Source: Bacteriovoracia bacterium
Lineage (GTDB): Bacteria; Bdellovibrionota; UBA1018; CAIPTA01
Direction: 5' to 3'
DNA: 64,000 nucleotides
Assembly (NCBI GenBank): GCA_050246755.1
Contig: JBFWVL010000008.1
Location: 1-64,000 of the forward strand
In this document: one piece after another, positions 7,451 to 17,756 of the stretch
How positions within the stretch are numbered: position 1 is the stretch's first letter
How the letters are laid out: each line of letters begins with the position of its first letter
Notes under the pieces: generated by a model
Databases searched by the model: none
Told to the model about the DNA's origin: nothing
The model's input: the letters and a program-made list of their open reading frames with translations, nothing else
Translations under genes and position numbers: made by a program

Positions 7451-10140
7451 TTGAACCAGGCCAAAGCACAAAACGACGTTTCTCTACCGGTTGCGGCGCT
7501 TGCTCTGATTGCGGTTGGATGCGCATACGCGTATCTCAATTACTTCCGCTTTGAGCCGGAAAAGCTCGAGCTCCTCCGAATCCTAAGTGAGAAGCACTCT
7601 GCGTTTTTGTGGCTCTCCTTCATTGGTTTCGCTGTGAACCTCACGTTTCTGGCGATTTTCCTGAGCCGATCGGTCGGATTGGAGCGCCAGGGAAGTAAGC
7701 TCGAAGTTCTTCAAGGGAAAAGAAAATCTTGGAGATTGGGAAGGGCCGAGCTCCTCGCATCGCTCTTTGCGCTTTGTGCCTACTTCATAGCCCGTCGCCA
7801 GATGGTCACTGAAATACTGCCTATCCTCCAGCGAATCGTCAGAGTTCCCGTAGCGTCTTGGATTGATCTCTCGCTTTCAATAAACGTCGCTGCATTCTGC
7901 TTCTTGTTTTCGCGTCTCGTACTCCGTCTCTTGGGAGGAATTCATCTTAACCTTGGAGATGCGCACCGCTTGGAAGAACCTGAAAGGGAAAGTGGAGATC
8001 TTGTTCTTGGCACGACTCCGGGAGAGCTCAGTCACAATGCTCAGGGGGATAGCGAAGAGTGGGTCAAGATTCCTGGGCGCGGAGTCAACGGTGGAGTTTT
8101 CATCTCCGGCAGCATTGGCAGCGGAAAAACCCAAGGAACGATCCTTCAGTATTTGCGACAGCTCTTAAACGAACCCAAAGGTTCGCCGTCGATCCTCGCC
8201 GTCGACCCGAAGGGCACGTTTCTAAAAGCTGCCGAAGAGACTATCGAGCGTGCGGGGCTCAAAGATCGAATCGTTCGCATCTCGCTAAAAGGAAGCGTGA
8301 GCTTCAATCCGGTCTACATGGACAATCCACTCAAAGACTCAAAATTTGCGGGACTGGCCGAGATGGTGCGCTCGGCGGCTGTAAATTTCATGGGAAAATC
8401 CTCAGATTCACCTTTTTGGGACGTCTCCTCGTCCCATCTGATCCGCAATACGATTGCCTACTGCGCGGCCGTCCACGGCTATTTTACGCTCCTTGATCTT
8501 TACCGCGCCATTGTGCGGGCCTCGAAGCACAACCTCGCAGATGACCTTCGAGCGGAGCTCGCTAAGGGAAAGTTCAGCGAGGAAGAAGCCTTCAACGTTA
8601 CTTGCGCGATAGAGTATTTCGAAAACGAATACTCGCAGCTTGAAGATCGGGTGAGGACCGGAATCGTTGCGACCAGCACGGCATTCGTAAACCAGTTCCA
8701 GGAGTTCGCCGCGAACCGTGTTTTCTGTCCGAAGGCAGAACATCTCTCGATTCGTTCCATGGAGGATTTCGTTAGGGAGGGAAAAATTTTGCTCTTCGAT
8801 GTGCAGCAGCCAGGACTTGCGCGATCCATGGGGACATTTATCAAACTTCACTACGAGCAAGCGGTCCTGAACCTAGTTGCGGAGCTAAAAGAAAAGGATA
8901 TGCCCTTTACCTCGGCTCTCATCATAGACGAGTACCAGGACGTCGTGACCTGCGGAGGTGGCGGAACCATCGGCGACGATACGTTCATGGCAAAGGCACG
9001 AGAATCAAAGCCCGCTGTGATTGTCGCTACGCAATCGTTGTCTAGCCTAATGAACACGGTCGGAAGCCAGCGGCCGGCTCTGGAACTCGTGCAAAACTTC
9101 CGCACGCGAATTGCGTGTCACTCCTCAGATATTGAAACGATCAAAATGTTTCAGGAACTGGCCGGAAAGGAAGACCTCGAATCCGAAACCCATTCGATGT
9201 CCGAAACTGCGCAGGGTGCGAAACTCAATCTTCTAGCTGGGGGATTTGATTCGAAGTCCTCCAGCCTCAATGAAGCAGTAAGCCGCGTAAAGCGCCGGGA
9301 GGATTTGGTTACGGGTAAGGAGTTCTCACGCCTCAGAACATTCGAGGCGTTTGCGCAGGTTTTCGACGGAATCGAAACACGATTCTTAAAGCTCTACCTG
9401 AAGCCCGACTTCTTGAATTCAATCAATACGAAACACGAAACGGTACTCGAAATGCTCCGAGTATCCGGCAAGGGAGGCTTTGTCGAGAGAGCGAAGCGTT
9501 TATTCAGAAATGCGAGAGCCGTTGCTGCATCTTTTCTTCTCGCTGGAAATGTCCATGCGGCGGGAATTCCAAACGTCTGCTCAGTCGCAAAAACCCCGGC
9601 CTTCACGTCCTGTCTTGAACTCATGGTCGGTCCTTGTATGTGCGGGTATCCTCCTCATCCGTGCGCTTTAATTTCCTACTATGTTCCGCAGACATACATC
9701 GAAGTCTGGCCGGAGGCCAAAACCAGTTACTTTATGGCGATTCCAGGGGCCGCGGCTCAGCTCGCGAAAGTAGTTCCGCAGCCCTTCGGGGCAGAGGGAG
9801 ACGACGATACGCAAAGCTTTCAAGCTAGGGCGATTGCTGTGCCGTTGGCCTCGCTTGTTTTTAAAACGATGCCTGCGGGCGGAACGAGAAACGAAAAAAT
9901 GTGTTTCGATGGAATGAGTGAGGACTTTGGCGAGCACTGGAGAACAGGGAGTGGCGATCTCCTTCAGCCGCTTTTCCTCGCTTGGAGTGCCTCTCCGAAG
10001 GCTTGTCTTCTTAAGGGAGCAGCTACGTCTATCTCTGGGGAAGGCGGATCCGGGTCCAATGGGGATTCGCCGGTGTGCGGGTTTCCAATGTCAAAGATTG
10101 GAAATCTTCAGCCGAGCAGCCACTCAGCGTGCAACGGATG
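7451..10140 (+). CDS. Type IV secretion coupling protein (TraD/VirD4-like) fused to a C-terminal TraU-like Cys-rich domain; 3' truncated
   Basis: RBS AAGGAG; N-terminal TMs; Walker A GSIGSGKT, DPKG, FNP, FW..SS, Walker B IIDEYQ, KARE..ATQS; then signal-like FLLAGNVHA-A and CMC..P..C....YYVP...IEV (TraU-like). Confidence 0.75.
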
Positions 10141-10791
10141 CTCGTGCCGCAGGAACGCCCCCGCGTTCGCGCCACTAATAATGCCGGCCCCGTAGACTTT
10201 AAGCGCATGATCGTGATCGGATCTTCCACCGGGGGCACCGAAGCGCTCAAAGAGGTATTTGTCCGCCTCCCCGACCAGATTCCGCCAATTCTGGTGGTAC
10301 AGCATATTCCCTCGGTATTCTCAAAAGCTTTGGCGGAGCGCCTAAATTCGCTTTGTTCCTTTTCCATCGTGGAAGGCAAAGAAGGCGAAACGGTAGAGCC
10401 GAACAAAATCATCATCGCTCCGGGCGGGAAGCAAATGCGGATCAAAAAAAGCGGCACTGGTTTCGTGGTTGCCATCGACGACGCCGAGCCCGTGAATCGC
10501 CATAAGCCTTCGGTAGATTATCTATTCGATTCGGTGGCGAAGCTTTGCGGACCCGAAGTAGTTGGGGTGATTTTAACGGGAATGGGTAGCGACGGCGCGA
10601 AGGGACTTTTGGATTTAAAGCTGAAAGGCTGCGTAACGATCGCGCAGGACGAAGCTAGCTGCGTGGTTTATGGAATGCCCCAAGCTGCCTTTAAGCTGGG
10701 AGCCACCCAGAAAATGGTGCCCCTATTGGAAATTCCCGAGTTTTTGATGCGCGAAGTGAGCGCGAAGAAAAAAGACCGCAAAGCCGGATGA
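10141..10791 (+). CDS. cheB: Chemotaxis methylesterase CheB catalytic domain; REC domain lost at the junction
   Basis: IGSSTGG, VQHIP, HKPSVD, LTGMGSDGA, VVYGMP. Confidence 0.9.
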   Translation, partial: LVPQERPRVRATNNAGPVDFKRMIVIGSSTGGTEALKEVFVRLPDQIPPILVVQHIPSVFSKALAERLNSLCSFSIVEGKEGETVEPNKIIIAPGGKQMRIKKSGTGFVVAIDDAEPVNRHKPSVDYLFDSVAKLCGPEVVGVILTGMGSDGAKGLLDLKLKGCVTIAQDEASCVVYGMPQAAFKLGATQKMVPLLEIPEFLMREVSAKKKDRKAG

Positions 10792-10795
10792 ACCG

Positions 10796-11563
10796 CTACT
10801 TCCGGGCCACGATCCTTAGCAGCGGCGAAAACCCACGCACTTGCCAGAACGGCGCAAACGGCAATAATCCCTTCCAGTGATACGTAACCCGAACTTCACT
10901 GAAGCCGATTTGTGTCAACGCCGCCGCCAAAGCCTCGCCGTCTAGGCCGTTTGCGCCGTGAAACTCCGTAAGCAAATAATCCTCACTCGTCAGTGATGGG
11001 CAGGACGCTAAATACTCATGCTCATGATCGAAAAAATAACGGTACCAGCGCAGAGGCCAGCGGAACCGGTGCACGAATTTTTTTTCGATATCGTGGTCGG
11101 TATACAACAATCCGCCGGCACGCAAAATCCGGAAAGCTTCCCGAAAAGCATCCACTGGATCGAAGAGATGGTGGAGCGTGGCGAAGGCGGCCACTACGTG
11201 GACGCTGTCGGATTCGACGGGCAGTTTCTCGCAGGGCGCGCAAATTTTCCTAATTCGCGTATCGGAAATCTGGGACAAGACCGCGGGTGAGATATCGACG
11301 GCGGTTACCGAAGAAAATTCTTGGAGCGCGAGCTTCGATAAAAAAGCCGTGCCCGCCCCGAGGTCAAGAAAAGAAGCCTGCTTGCCGGGGAAAAAACCGC
11401 GCAAATCACGCAAGATAGATTTCAGCCAGGCGTGATCGCGCGCTCCGCCACGGCGACGGTCCACTTTCTCGTACACGCCGGCCACTGCATCGTAGAAACG
11501 CCGGTTGGCTTCCAGCACCGAGGCATGCAGATCATTTTTTTGGCCGGGTAGATCGAGCTTCAT
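10796..11563 (-). CDS. Class I SAM-dependent methyltransferase
   Basis: FLDLGAGT, AVDIS, TLHHL..P, L..GG. Confidence 0.85.
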   Translation of the reverse strand: MKLDLPGQKNDLHASVLEANRRFYDAVAGVYEKVDRRRGGARDHAWLKSILRDLRGFFPGKQASFLDLGAGTAFLSKLALQEFSSVTAVDISPAVLSQISDTRIRKICAPCEKLPVESDSVHVVAAFATLHHLFDPVDAFREAFRILRAGGLLYTDHDIEKKFVHRFRWPLRWYRYFFDHEHEYLASCPSLTSEDYLLTEFHGANGLDGEALAAALTQIGFSEVRVTYHWKGLLPFAPFWQVRGFSPLLRIVARK

Positions 11564-11604
11564 GGAGGGATTGTACGTCCCTTTTCGGATTTCACCAATC
11601 CGGC

Positions 11605-13572
11605 TCAATAGGGATGCAAAGGAATATCGTGTTTCATCAGCGCTGCGCGCAGGCCGGATAAATCAATCACTTTTGAGTTTTCATTCCCAAATACCACCGT
11701 CTCGCGGAAGCGGCCCCAGGTGGCCTCGAGGGCATCCAATATTTCTTTGCGAAAATAACGGTCCCAGTCGAGCCGGGTGAATAAAAGGAAATCGATTCCC
11801 GCGCCCCGCATCGCGTCCACCGCTTCGAGCAGGGAACGAGAGCGACGCATTTTTTGGTCAAGATCAACATTATCCCAGATCCGGTAGGCCTTCCGCGGGG
11901 AGAGATAATAGAGGCGAAATTCATTCGCCGAAGCCACCACTTTATTCTCGGGTACATTGAGCCGCACCCACGCCAGGGCAGTTCCCCCAAAATGGCGCCG
12001 GATCATTTCTGGAGGACTGGCCTGCGAAAAAACCGCCACGGGTGCGATCCACGGATAAGACGTACTGTAGGCAGCTAACGCGAATATTCCCAACGTGAGC
12101 AAAGTGCGGGCGCGGCTTCCGATCCGGAATAGAGCACGCTCTTGGGCGAAAGACAGCGCCAGCGCCAGGCCAAGCCCGGCGGCCAGCAAACACCCTAGGC
12201 CGAAGACGCGGTATTCCGCCTGCGAGCCGACCTTCAATAGAAAAAAAGCCGCCGCGGCCGTCACGATGGCGCTAACCCGAAACTGTGCCTGGAAACGGCG
12301 CGGCGCGGCCCAGAAAAAAACGGCACACAAAAGCGTAAGCAAAATAAAAGGAGAATCCTGCCAGACAAGCCTCACCAGATTCTCTTTGCCGGCGACCGAG
12401 AAGAAAAGCCCGCCGTCGTACTCACCGGTACGCCGCCAGATCTCTTCCAGGTCCGCACGCCGGAAAAAGCGACCGAGCACGGGGAAAAAAGGATTTCCAA
12501 GGAGCAGAAAGTTACGTAATAGAAGTGGCCCAGCGCCGACGATTATTCCCGGCAGAAAATCCCAGATCCGCTTCCGGCCGCCAGCGAAGAAGGTCAGTGC
12601 AAGCAAAGGAAGTCCGATAAAAATTATCGTGAACTTAGCGGAGAAGGCCAAGCCGGCGAAAAAACCGGAGAGAAAAAAACGCCCCCGCTCTCCCTTTGTA
12701 TCGCTCAGCGCCAGCAGGGCGAGCAGAAGAAAAAAAGTGGCGCCCCAATCGTTTTTGGCCAGAAAGATAGTGCTCTGCTGGGAGGCACTGAGCGCCGAGA
12801 CTAGAGTGACGAGCCAGATCCAGTCCGCACTTAAGTCCGGAAATAGAAACTTATAGAAGCGGCGAAGGGCCCATATCGATCCCAGTCCGCCGCAAACGAA
12901 ATGCATCCATTGTCCGCAAATTTGACCGGCAATCAAGCCGCCGCCGGCGGGACCGCCGAGCAGATAACTCGACCACAGATAAAGGGCATCCCAACTTCCC
13001 GTGGCCAGGATCGCGATATTCTCGCGCGGAAAATATATTTTTCCTGCATCCAGCCACCAACGGGCGGCAGTGAGGTTATACCAAAGTGGATCCGGCATCG
13101 GATCCGGGATCCAGGTAAGCAAAAAAACAAGAAAGCAGGTAATCAGGGTCAGCGCCTGCGCGAGGCCGATGGCCCGCCAAGAAAATGCAGGCCGGAAATT
13201 TCTACCGTCGCCCAAGAACGCCTGGATGGCTACCGGTAGCCATAGGCAGGCCGTCATCCACACGCTGGGTAGGTAGCCGATCAGTCCGGCAAGCCCCAGC
13301 AACTGCCCCGCGAGAATGAAAAGCCCAAGCCCGGCGCCGAAATCCATTAAAAAGTCGGCCGGCCTTCGCAGTATGCGAACGTTCAGCAAGCGCCCCGCGG
13401 TATAGGAAGAAAAACAAAACGCCAGGAATAAGCAAAAGGCTCCGCCCACCTGCCACCAGGATTGGGCTTCGTCGGGGCCCCTGGGCGGCCCGTATAGAAA
13501 GAAGCCCAATGCCGCGAATAAACAAAAAAAGTAGAATAAAATTCGCTTCACCGGAAAATAGTACCTTCCCAC
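11605..13572 (-). CDS. Polytopic membrane protein, GT-C/ArnT-like glycosyltransferase candidate (start may be GTG ~13551)
   Basis: Many TM segments; D.LWYNL..A, KND, GLA...K and GNPFFP motifs. Confidence 0.55.
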   Translation of the reverse strand: MGRYYFPVKRILFYFFCLFAALGFFLYGPPRGPDEAQSWWQVGGAFCLFLAFCFSSYTAGRLLNVRILRRPADFLMDFGAGLGLFILAGQLLGLAGLIGYLPSVWMTACLWLPVAIQAFLGDGRNFRPAFSWRAIGLAQALTLITCFLVFLLTWIPDPMPDPLWYNLTAARWWLDAGKIYFPRENIAILATGSWDALYLWSSYLLGGPAGGGLIAGQICGQWMHFVCGGLGSIWALRRFYKFLFPDLSADWIWLVTLVSALSASQQSTIFLAKNDWGATFFLLLALLALSDTKGERGRFFLSGFFAGLAFSAKFTIIFIGLPLLALTFFAGGRKRIWDFLPGIIVGAGPLLLRNFLLLGNPFFPVLGRFFRRADLEEIWRRTGEYDGGLFFSVAGKENLVRLVWQDSPFILLTLLCAVFFWAAPRRFQAQFRVSAIVTAAAAFFLLKVGSQAEYRVFGLGCLLAAGLGLALALSFAQERALFRIGSRARTLLTLGIFALAAYSTSYPWIAPVAVFSQASPPEMIRRHFGGTALAWVRLNVPENKVVASANEFRLYYLSPRKAYRIWDNVDLDQKMRRSRSLLEAVDAMRGAGIDFLLFTRLDWDRYFRKEILDALEATWGRFRETVVFGNENSKVIDLSGLRAALMKHDIPLHPY

Positions 13573-13623
13573 TTTGTTATAGACGATCTACTTTCGGGCA
13601 GCGTGTACGGTCACGGATCGCCT

Positions 13624-13662
13624 TGACAATTTTTGTCACTACGCCCTACGATCATATATAAT
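13624..13662 (+). promoter_or_regulatory. TGACA-N5-TGTCA palindrome overlapping a putative sigma70 promoter of pilB
   Basis: Palindrome at 13624-13638; TTGTCA(13633)-N18-TATAAT(13657). Confidence 0.45.
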
Positions 13663-13726
13663 ATAGAGATCGTATTTCATTCCAGGATGGAATGCCCAGC
13701 CCGGAAGGAGAATCAGGGAAGATTCT

Positions 13727-15421
13727 ATGTCAAAAGCGTTCGTCGACCTTCTCGCAAAAGAAAATCTCATCACGCAGGGCGATTACAACGCCGCCGAAGA
13801 AGCATTTCAAAAGCAGAAAATTCCCCACCTGAAGTTCCTGCAGCAGCAGAACATGATCGTGGAGCAAAAGCTCGTAGAGCACTTCTCTAAAAAATACTCG
13901 ATCCCCTCTTTTGATTTGAGCAAATACACGATCGCGCCGGAAATCATCAAGATAATGGGCGCCGAAGACGTGCGCCGCTTCCGCCTCATTCCGCTGCAAA
14001 AAGCCAAAGGCACCCTGGTGGTGGCCCTCGCCGATCCCACTGCGCTTTCCAATCTCGACGACATCAAGTTCCGTACCCAGCTCCGCATCGAAGCCGTGAT
14101 CACTTCGATTTCCGCCTTCGACGGCGCAATGGAAAAATACTACGGCGCCCTAAACTTGATCGAGAAGCAAGTGAAGGTGGGTGAAGCCGATAAGGTGGAA
14201 GACCTCGGCCTGAACGACGACTCGGCCCACGAGATTAAGGACGCGAACGATATCGATGCGCCCGTGATCCAGCTGGTGAACCAAATCCTCGTGGACGCGA
14301 TCAAAAAGAAGGCCTCCGATATTCATATCGAGCCCTACGAACACTCCTTTCGCGTGCGCATCCGCATCGATGGCGCACTCTACGAAACTATGCGCCCGCC
14401 CAACCAGGTGAAAAGCGCCATCATCGCCCGCGTGAAAATCATGGCGAAAATGGATATCGCCGAGAAACGCTTGCCGCAGGACGGGCGCATCAAGATCCGC
14501 ACCCCGTTCGGCGAAATGGATTTCAGGGTAAGCTCCATGCCCACCGTCTTCGGCGAGAAGATGGTGCTGCGTCTCTTGAACAAGAGCGGGCTGCAGACCG
14601 ACCTTATGAAGCTCGGGTTCGAAAAAAATGCCCTCGAGGCATTCACGAAATCCATTCACGAATCCTACGGCATGGTGCTCGTGACGGGCCCAACCGGCTC
14701 CGGTAAAACCACCACGCTTTACTCCGCGCTGCAGGAGCTCAATAAGGTCAGCGACAATATTTCCACCGCGGAAGATCCAGTGGAGTATAACCTCGAAGGA
14801 ATCAACCAGGTGCAGATGCACTCGGACATCGGGCTCACTTTCGCCACCGCGCTCCGCACCTTTATGCGCCAAGACCCCGACATCATTCTTGTGGGCGAGA
14901 TCCGCGATTATGAAACGGCCGAAGTAGGCGTGCAGGCCGCCCTCACCGGCCACTTGGTTCTTTCCACTTTGCACACCAACGACGCCCCCTCCTCCATCAC
15001 GCGGATGCTGAACATGGGCGTGGAACCCTTCCTCGTAACCGCCGCGGTGAACCTGATCTGCGCGCAGCGCCTCCTCCGCCGCATCTGCAATAACTGCAAA
15101 GTGGAAGCCCAGGCGAATATTCCGCGGCTAATGGAACTAGGCATCGACCCTGCCGCCGCCAAGCAGATGAAGATCTTCAGAGGCGCGGGCTGCGCATCCT
15201 GCGCTAATACTGGCTACTCCGGGCGCTTTGGCATCTACGAGATCATGCCCTTCACTTCCACGCTGAAAGAAGCCGTGCTCGCGGGCTCCAACTCCCTAGA
15301 GCTGAAGCGTAAAGCGATGGCGGAAGGAATGAGGACGCTGCGCATGGCGTCTCTCACGAAGGTAGCCGAAGGAATGACCACGCTCGAAGAAGCGCTCACC
15401 AATACGGCCGCGGATTTTTAA
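13727..15421 (+). CDS. pilB: Type IV pilus assembly ATPase PilB
   Basis: ASDIHIEP, RLPQDGR, GPTGSGKT, EDPVE, RQDPD, tetra-Cys Zn site. Confidence 0.95.
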   Translation: MSKAFVDLLAKENLITQGDYNAAEEAFQKQKIPHLKFLQQQNMIVEQKLVEHFSKKYSIPSFDLSKYTIAPEIIKIMGAEDVRRFRLIPLQKAKGTLVVALADPTALSNLDDIKFRTQLRIEAVITSISAFDGAMEKYYGALNLIEKQVKVGEADKVEDLGLNDDSAHEIKDANDIDAPVIQLVNQILVDAIKKKASDIHIEPYEHSFRVRIRIDGALYETMRPPNQVKSAIIARVKIMAKMDIAEKRLPQDGRIKIRTPFGEMDFRVSSMPTVFGEKMVLRLLNKSGLQTDLMKLGFEKNALEAFTKSIHESYGMVLVTGPTGSGKTTTLYSALQELNKVSDNISTAEDPVEYNLEGINQVQMHSDIGLTFATALRTFMRQDPDIILVGEIRDYETAEVGVQAALTGHLVLSTLHTNDAPSSITRMLNMGVEPFLVTAAVNLICAQRLLRRICNNCKVEAQANIPRLMELGIDPAAAKQMKIFRGAGCASCANTGYSGRFGIYEIMPFTSTLKEAVLAGSNSLELKRKAMAEGMRTLRMASLTKVAEGMTTLEEALTNTAADF

Positions 15422-15437
15422 CGTTTAGGGGAATTAA

Positions 15438-16526
15438 ATGGCACAGGTAACACTTCAGCAACTGCTTAAGGCAATGGTGGAGCAAGACGCGTCTGACTTG
15501 CACGTAACCGTGGGCTCCCCGCCGCAGCTGCGCATCAGCGGATTGATGTCGAAAGTAAAAACGGATCCCTTCACCTCCACCGACACGAAAAATCTCTGCT
15601 ACGGCGTGCTCACCGACGCCCAAAAAGCCGAATTCGAGGAGAAGCTCGAGATCGACGTGTCCTTCGGGATCAAAGGCATGGCGCGATTCCGGGGAAATAT
15701 CTTCATGCAGCGAGGATCCGTAGCGGGCGTATTCCGCCGCATTCCCTTCGACATCCCTGACATGAACGCCCTGGGCTTGCCTAATATCATCCGCGAGATG
15801 GTAAAGGCACCTAACGGGCTCATCCTGGTAACCGGCCCCACCGGCTCGGGTAAATCCACCACCCTCGCCTCGATTATCGACTACCTAAACACCAATGAAC
15901 GCGGCCACATCATCACGCTCGAGGATCCGATCGAATTCATCCATCCTCATAAAAACTGCGTGATCAACCAGCGGGAAGTGGGCACCGACACGTTCTCTTT
16001 CACCAATGCGCTCCGGCGCGTTCTACGCCAAGATCCCGATTTCATTCTGGTGGGGGAATTACGCGATATGGAAACGATCGAGATGGCGCTTTCCGCCGCC
16101 GAAACCGGGCACTTGGTTTTCGGCACGCTGCATACCAACTCCGCCATCCAAACGATCAACCGCCTGGTGGACGTATTTCCTCCCGACAAGCAAAATTCGG
16201 TACGCCATCTTCTGAGCTTCGTGCTCATCGGAGTGGTATCGCAGCAGCTTCTGCCCCGGCGCACAGGCCGCGGACGCTGCTTGTCGATGGAAATCATGCG
16301 CACTAATAACGCTATCCGTAACTTGATTCGCGAGGAGAAACTCGAACAGGTTTACTCGTCGATGCAAACCGGACAATCCGAGAGCGGAATGCAAACGATG
16401 AATCAATCGCTGGTAAAATTAGTGGCTGACGGCACGATCACCGAAGAAGTGGCGATTGAATCTTCCAACGTGCCGGACGAGCTAGTGCGGCTACTCACCG
16501 GTTTGGGAACCTCGAAAAAACGCTAA
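15438..16526 (+). CDS. pilT: Type IV pilus retraction ATPase PilT
   Basis: ASDLH, GPTGSGKST, EDPIE, AETGHLV, AIRNLIRE, GMQTM. Confidence 0.96.
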   Translation: MAQVTLQQLLKAMVEQDASDLHVTVGSPPQLRISGLMSKVKTDPFTSTDTKNLCYGVLTDAQKAEFEEKLEIDVSFGIKGMARFRGNIFMQRGSVAGVFRRIPFDIPDMNALGLPNIIREMVKAPNGLILVTGPTGSGKSTTLASIIDYLNTNERGHIITLEDPIEFIHPHKNCVINQREVGTDTFSFTNALRRVLRQDPDFILVGELRDMETIEMALSAAETGHLVFGTLHTNSAIQTINRLVDVFPPDKQNSVRHLLSFVLIGVVSQQLLPRRTGRGRCLSMEIMRTNNAIRNLIREEKLEQVYSSMQTGQSESGMQTMNQSLVKLVADGTITEEVAIESSNVPDELVRLLTGLGTSKKR

Positions 16527-16541
16527 TAAGGAATTCCATCC

Positions 16542-17756
16542 ATGGCTAACTTCAAATACGAAGGCCAGAAAAGAGACGGAGAAAAGGTCAAGGGGACGGT
16601 CAACCTTCCCAACGAGACCGAAGTCCGCGTCTATCTCCGCCAACAAGGTATTCGTCCCAATAAAATTGAGCAGGAAAGTGCGCTTAATCGCGACATCCAA
16701 CTATTCTCCGCGAAAGTTAAAGACGCCGACATCGCCATCATGACCCGTCAGCTCGCGGTAATGGTCAGCTCGGGCGTGCCGCTTCTCCAGGCCTTCGATA
16801 TTTTGCAGCAAGGCGAGAAGAATCCCAAGCTGCGCAAAGCGCTCCAGGAAATCCAGGAGGCCATCTCTTCGGGTAGCCCATTGTGGGAAGCCATGTCGAA
16901 GCAGCGCCATATCTTCAGTCATCTTTTCATATACCTCGTGCGTGCCGGCGAAACATCCGGCGCCCTCGACACCATCCTTGCCCGCTTGGCGAAATACCTC
17001 GATGATAACGTGCGCCTCGTGCGCATGGTAAAAGGCGCGATGGTCTACCCCGGTATCGTAATGGTCGTGGGCATTGGCGTAACGTTCGGCCTTCTCACTT
17101 TCGTAGTACCGATGTTCGAGCAGATGATTACCGCCTCCGGGGGCGAGCTCCCCTACCTCACCAAGCTCGTGATAAAGATCTCGCACTTCTGCTCCAACTA
17201 CGCCCTCTATATGATCGGTGGCGCCGTCGTGGGCGGGACGCTCTTCCTGCGTTTTATTCAAAGTCCCGATGGGAAAAAAATATGGGACCGCTTTCTCCTG
17301 CGCTTGCCACTCTTTGGGGATTTGCTCACCAAAGGCTCCACCGCGCGTTTTACCCGCACCCTTGGCACGATGCTCACCTCCGGCGTGAACCTCATCGACG
17401 CCATCGAGATCTGTAAGATGACGATCGACAATTCCGTGATCGAAGATGCTCTGAGCGTAGTGAAGGATGAAATCTCTTCCGGTAAGACGATCGCCCTTCC
17501 GCTAGCCCAAGCGAAGATTTTTCCCGCGATGGTGATCCAGATGATCAACGTGGGTGAAAATACCGGCACGCTCGATCAGATGCTGATCAAGATCGCCGAA
17601 TTCTATGAAGCCGAAGTGGAAGTGGTGGTGATGGGATTATCGAAACTCATCGAGCCCATCGTGCTCGTGGTGCTCGGGGGCCTCGTCGCCTTCATCCTTA
17701 TCGCCATGTACCTGCCCGTGTTCAATATCGCGGACACGCAGAACCAAGGCGAATAA
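16542..17756 (+). CDS. pilC: Type IV pilus platform protein PilC
   Basis: TRQLA.M..SG, GE.SG.LD, A..YP, EP; GspF family. Confidence 0.95.
   Translation: MANFKYEGQKRDGEKVKGTVNLPNETEVRVYLRQQGIRPNKIEQESALNRDIQLFSAKVKDADIAIMTRQLAVMVSSGVPLLQAFDILQQGEKNPKLRKALQEIQEAISSGSPLWEAMSKQRHIFSHLFIYLVRAGETSGALDTILARLAKYLDDNVRLVRMVKGAMVYPGIVMVVGIGVTFGLLTFVVPMFEQMITASGGELPYLTKLVIKISHFCSNYALYMIGGAVVGGTLFLRFIQSPDGKKIWDRFLLRLPLFGDLLTKGSTARFTRTLGTMLTSGVNLIDAIEICKMTIDNSVIEDALSVVKDEISSGKTIALPLAQAKIFPAMVIQMINVGENTGTLDQMLIKIAEFYEAEVEVVVMGLSKLIEPIVLVVLGGLVAFILIAMYLPVFNIADTQNQGE

Noticed and set aside
1-10140. An intact ICE inserted into cheB
   Set aside because: No integrase, att repeat or relaxase is visible, and three mid-gene breaks mean contiguity cannot be assumed
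12095-12856. 253-aa Lys/Arg-rich ORF
   Set aside because: Antisense of the Phe/Leu-rich membrane protein
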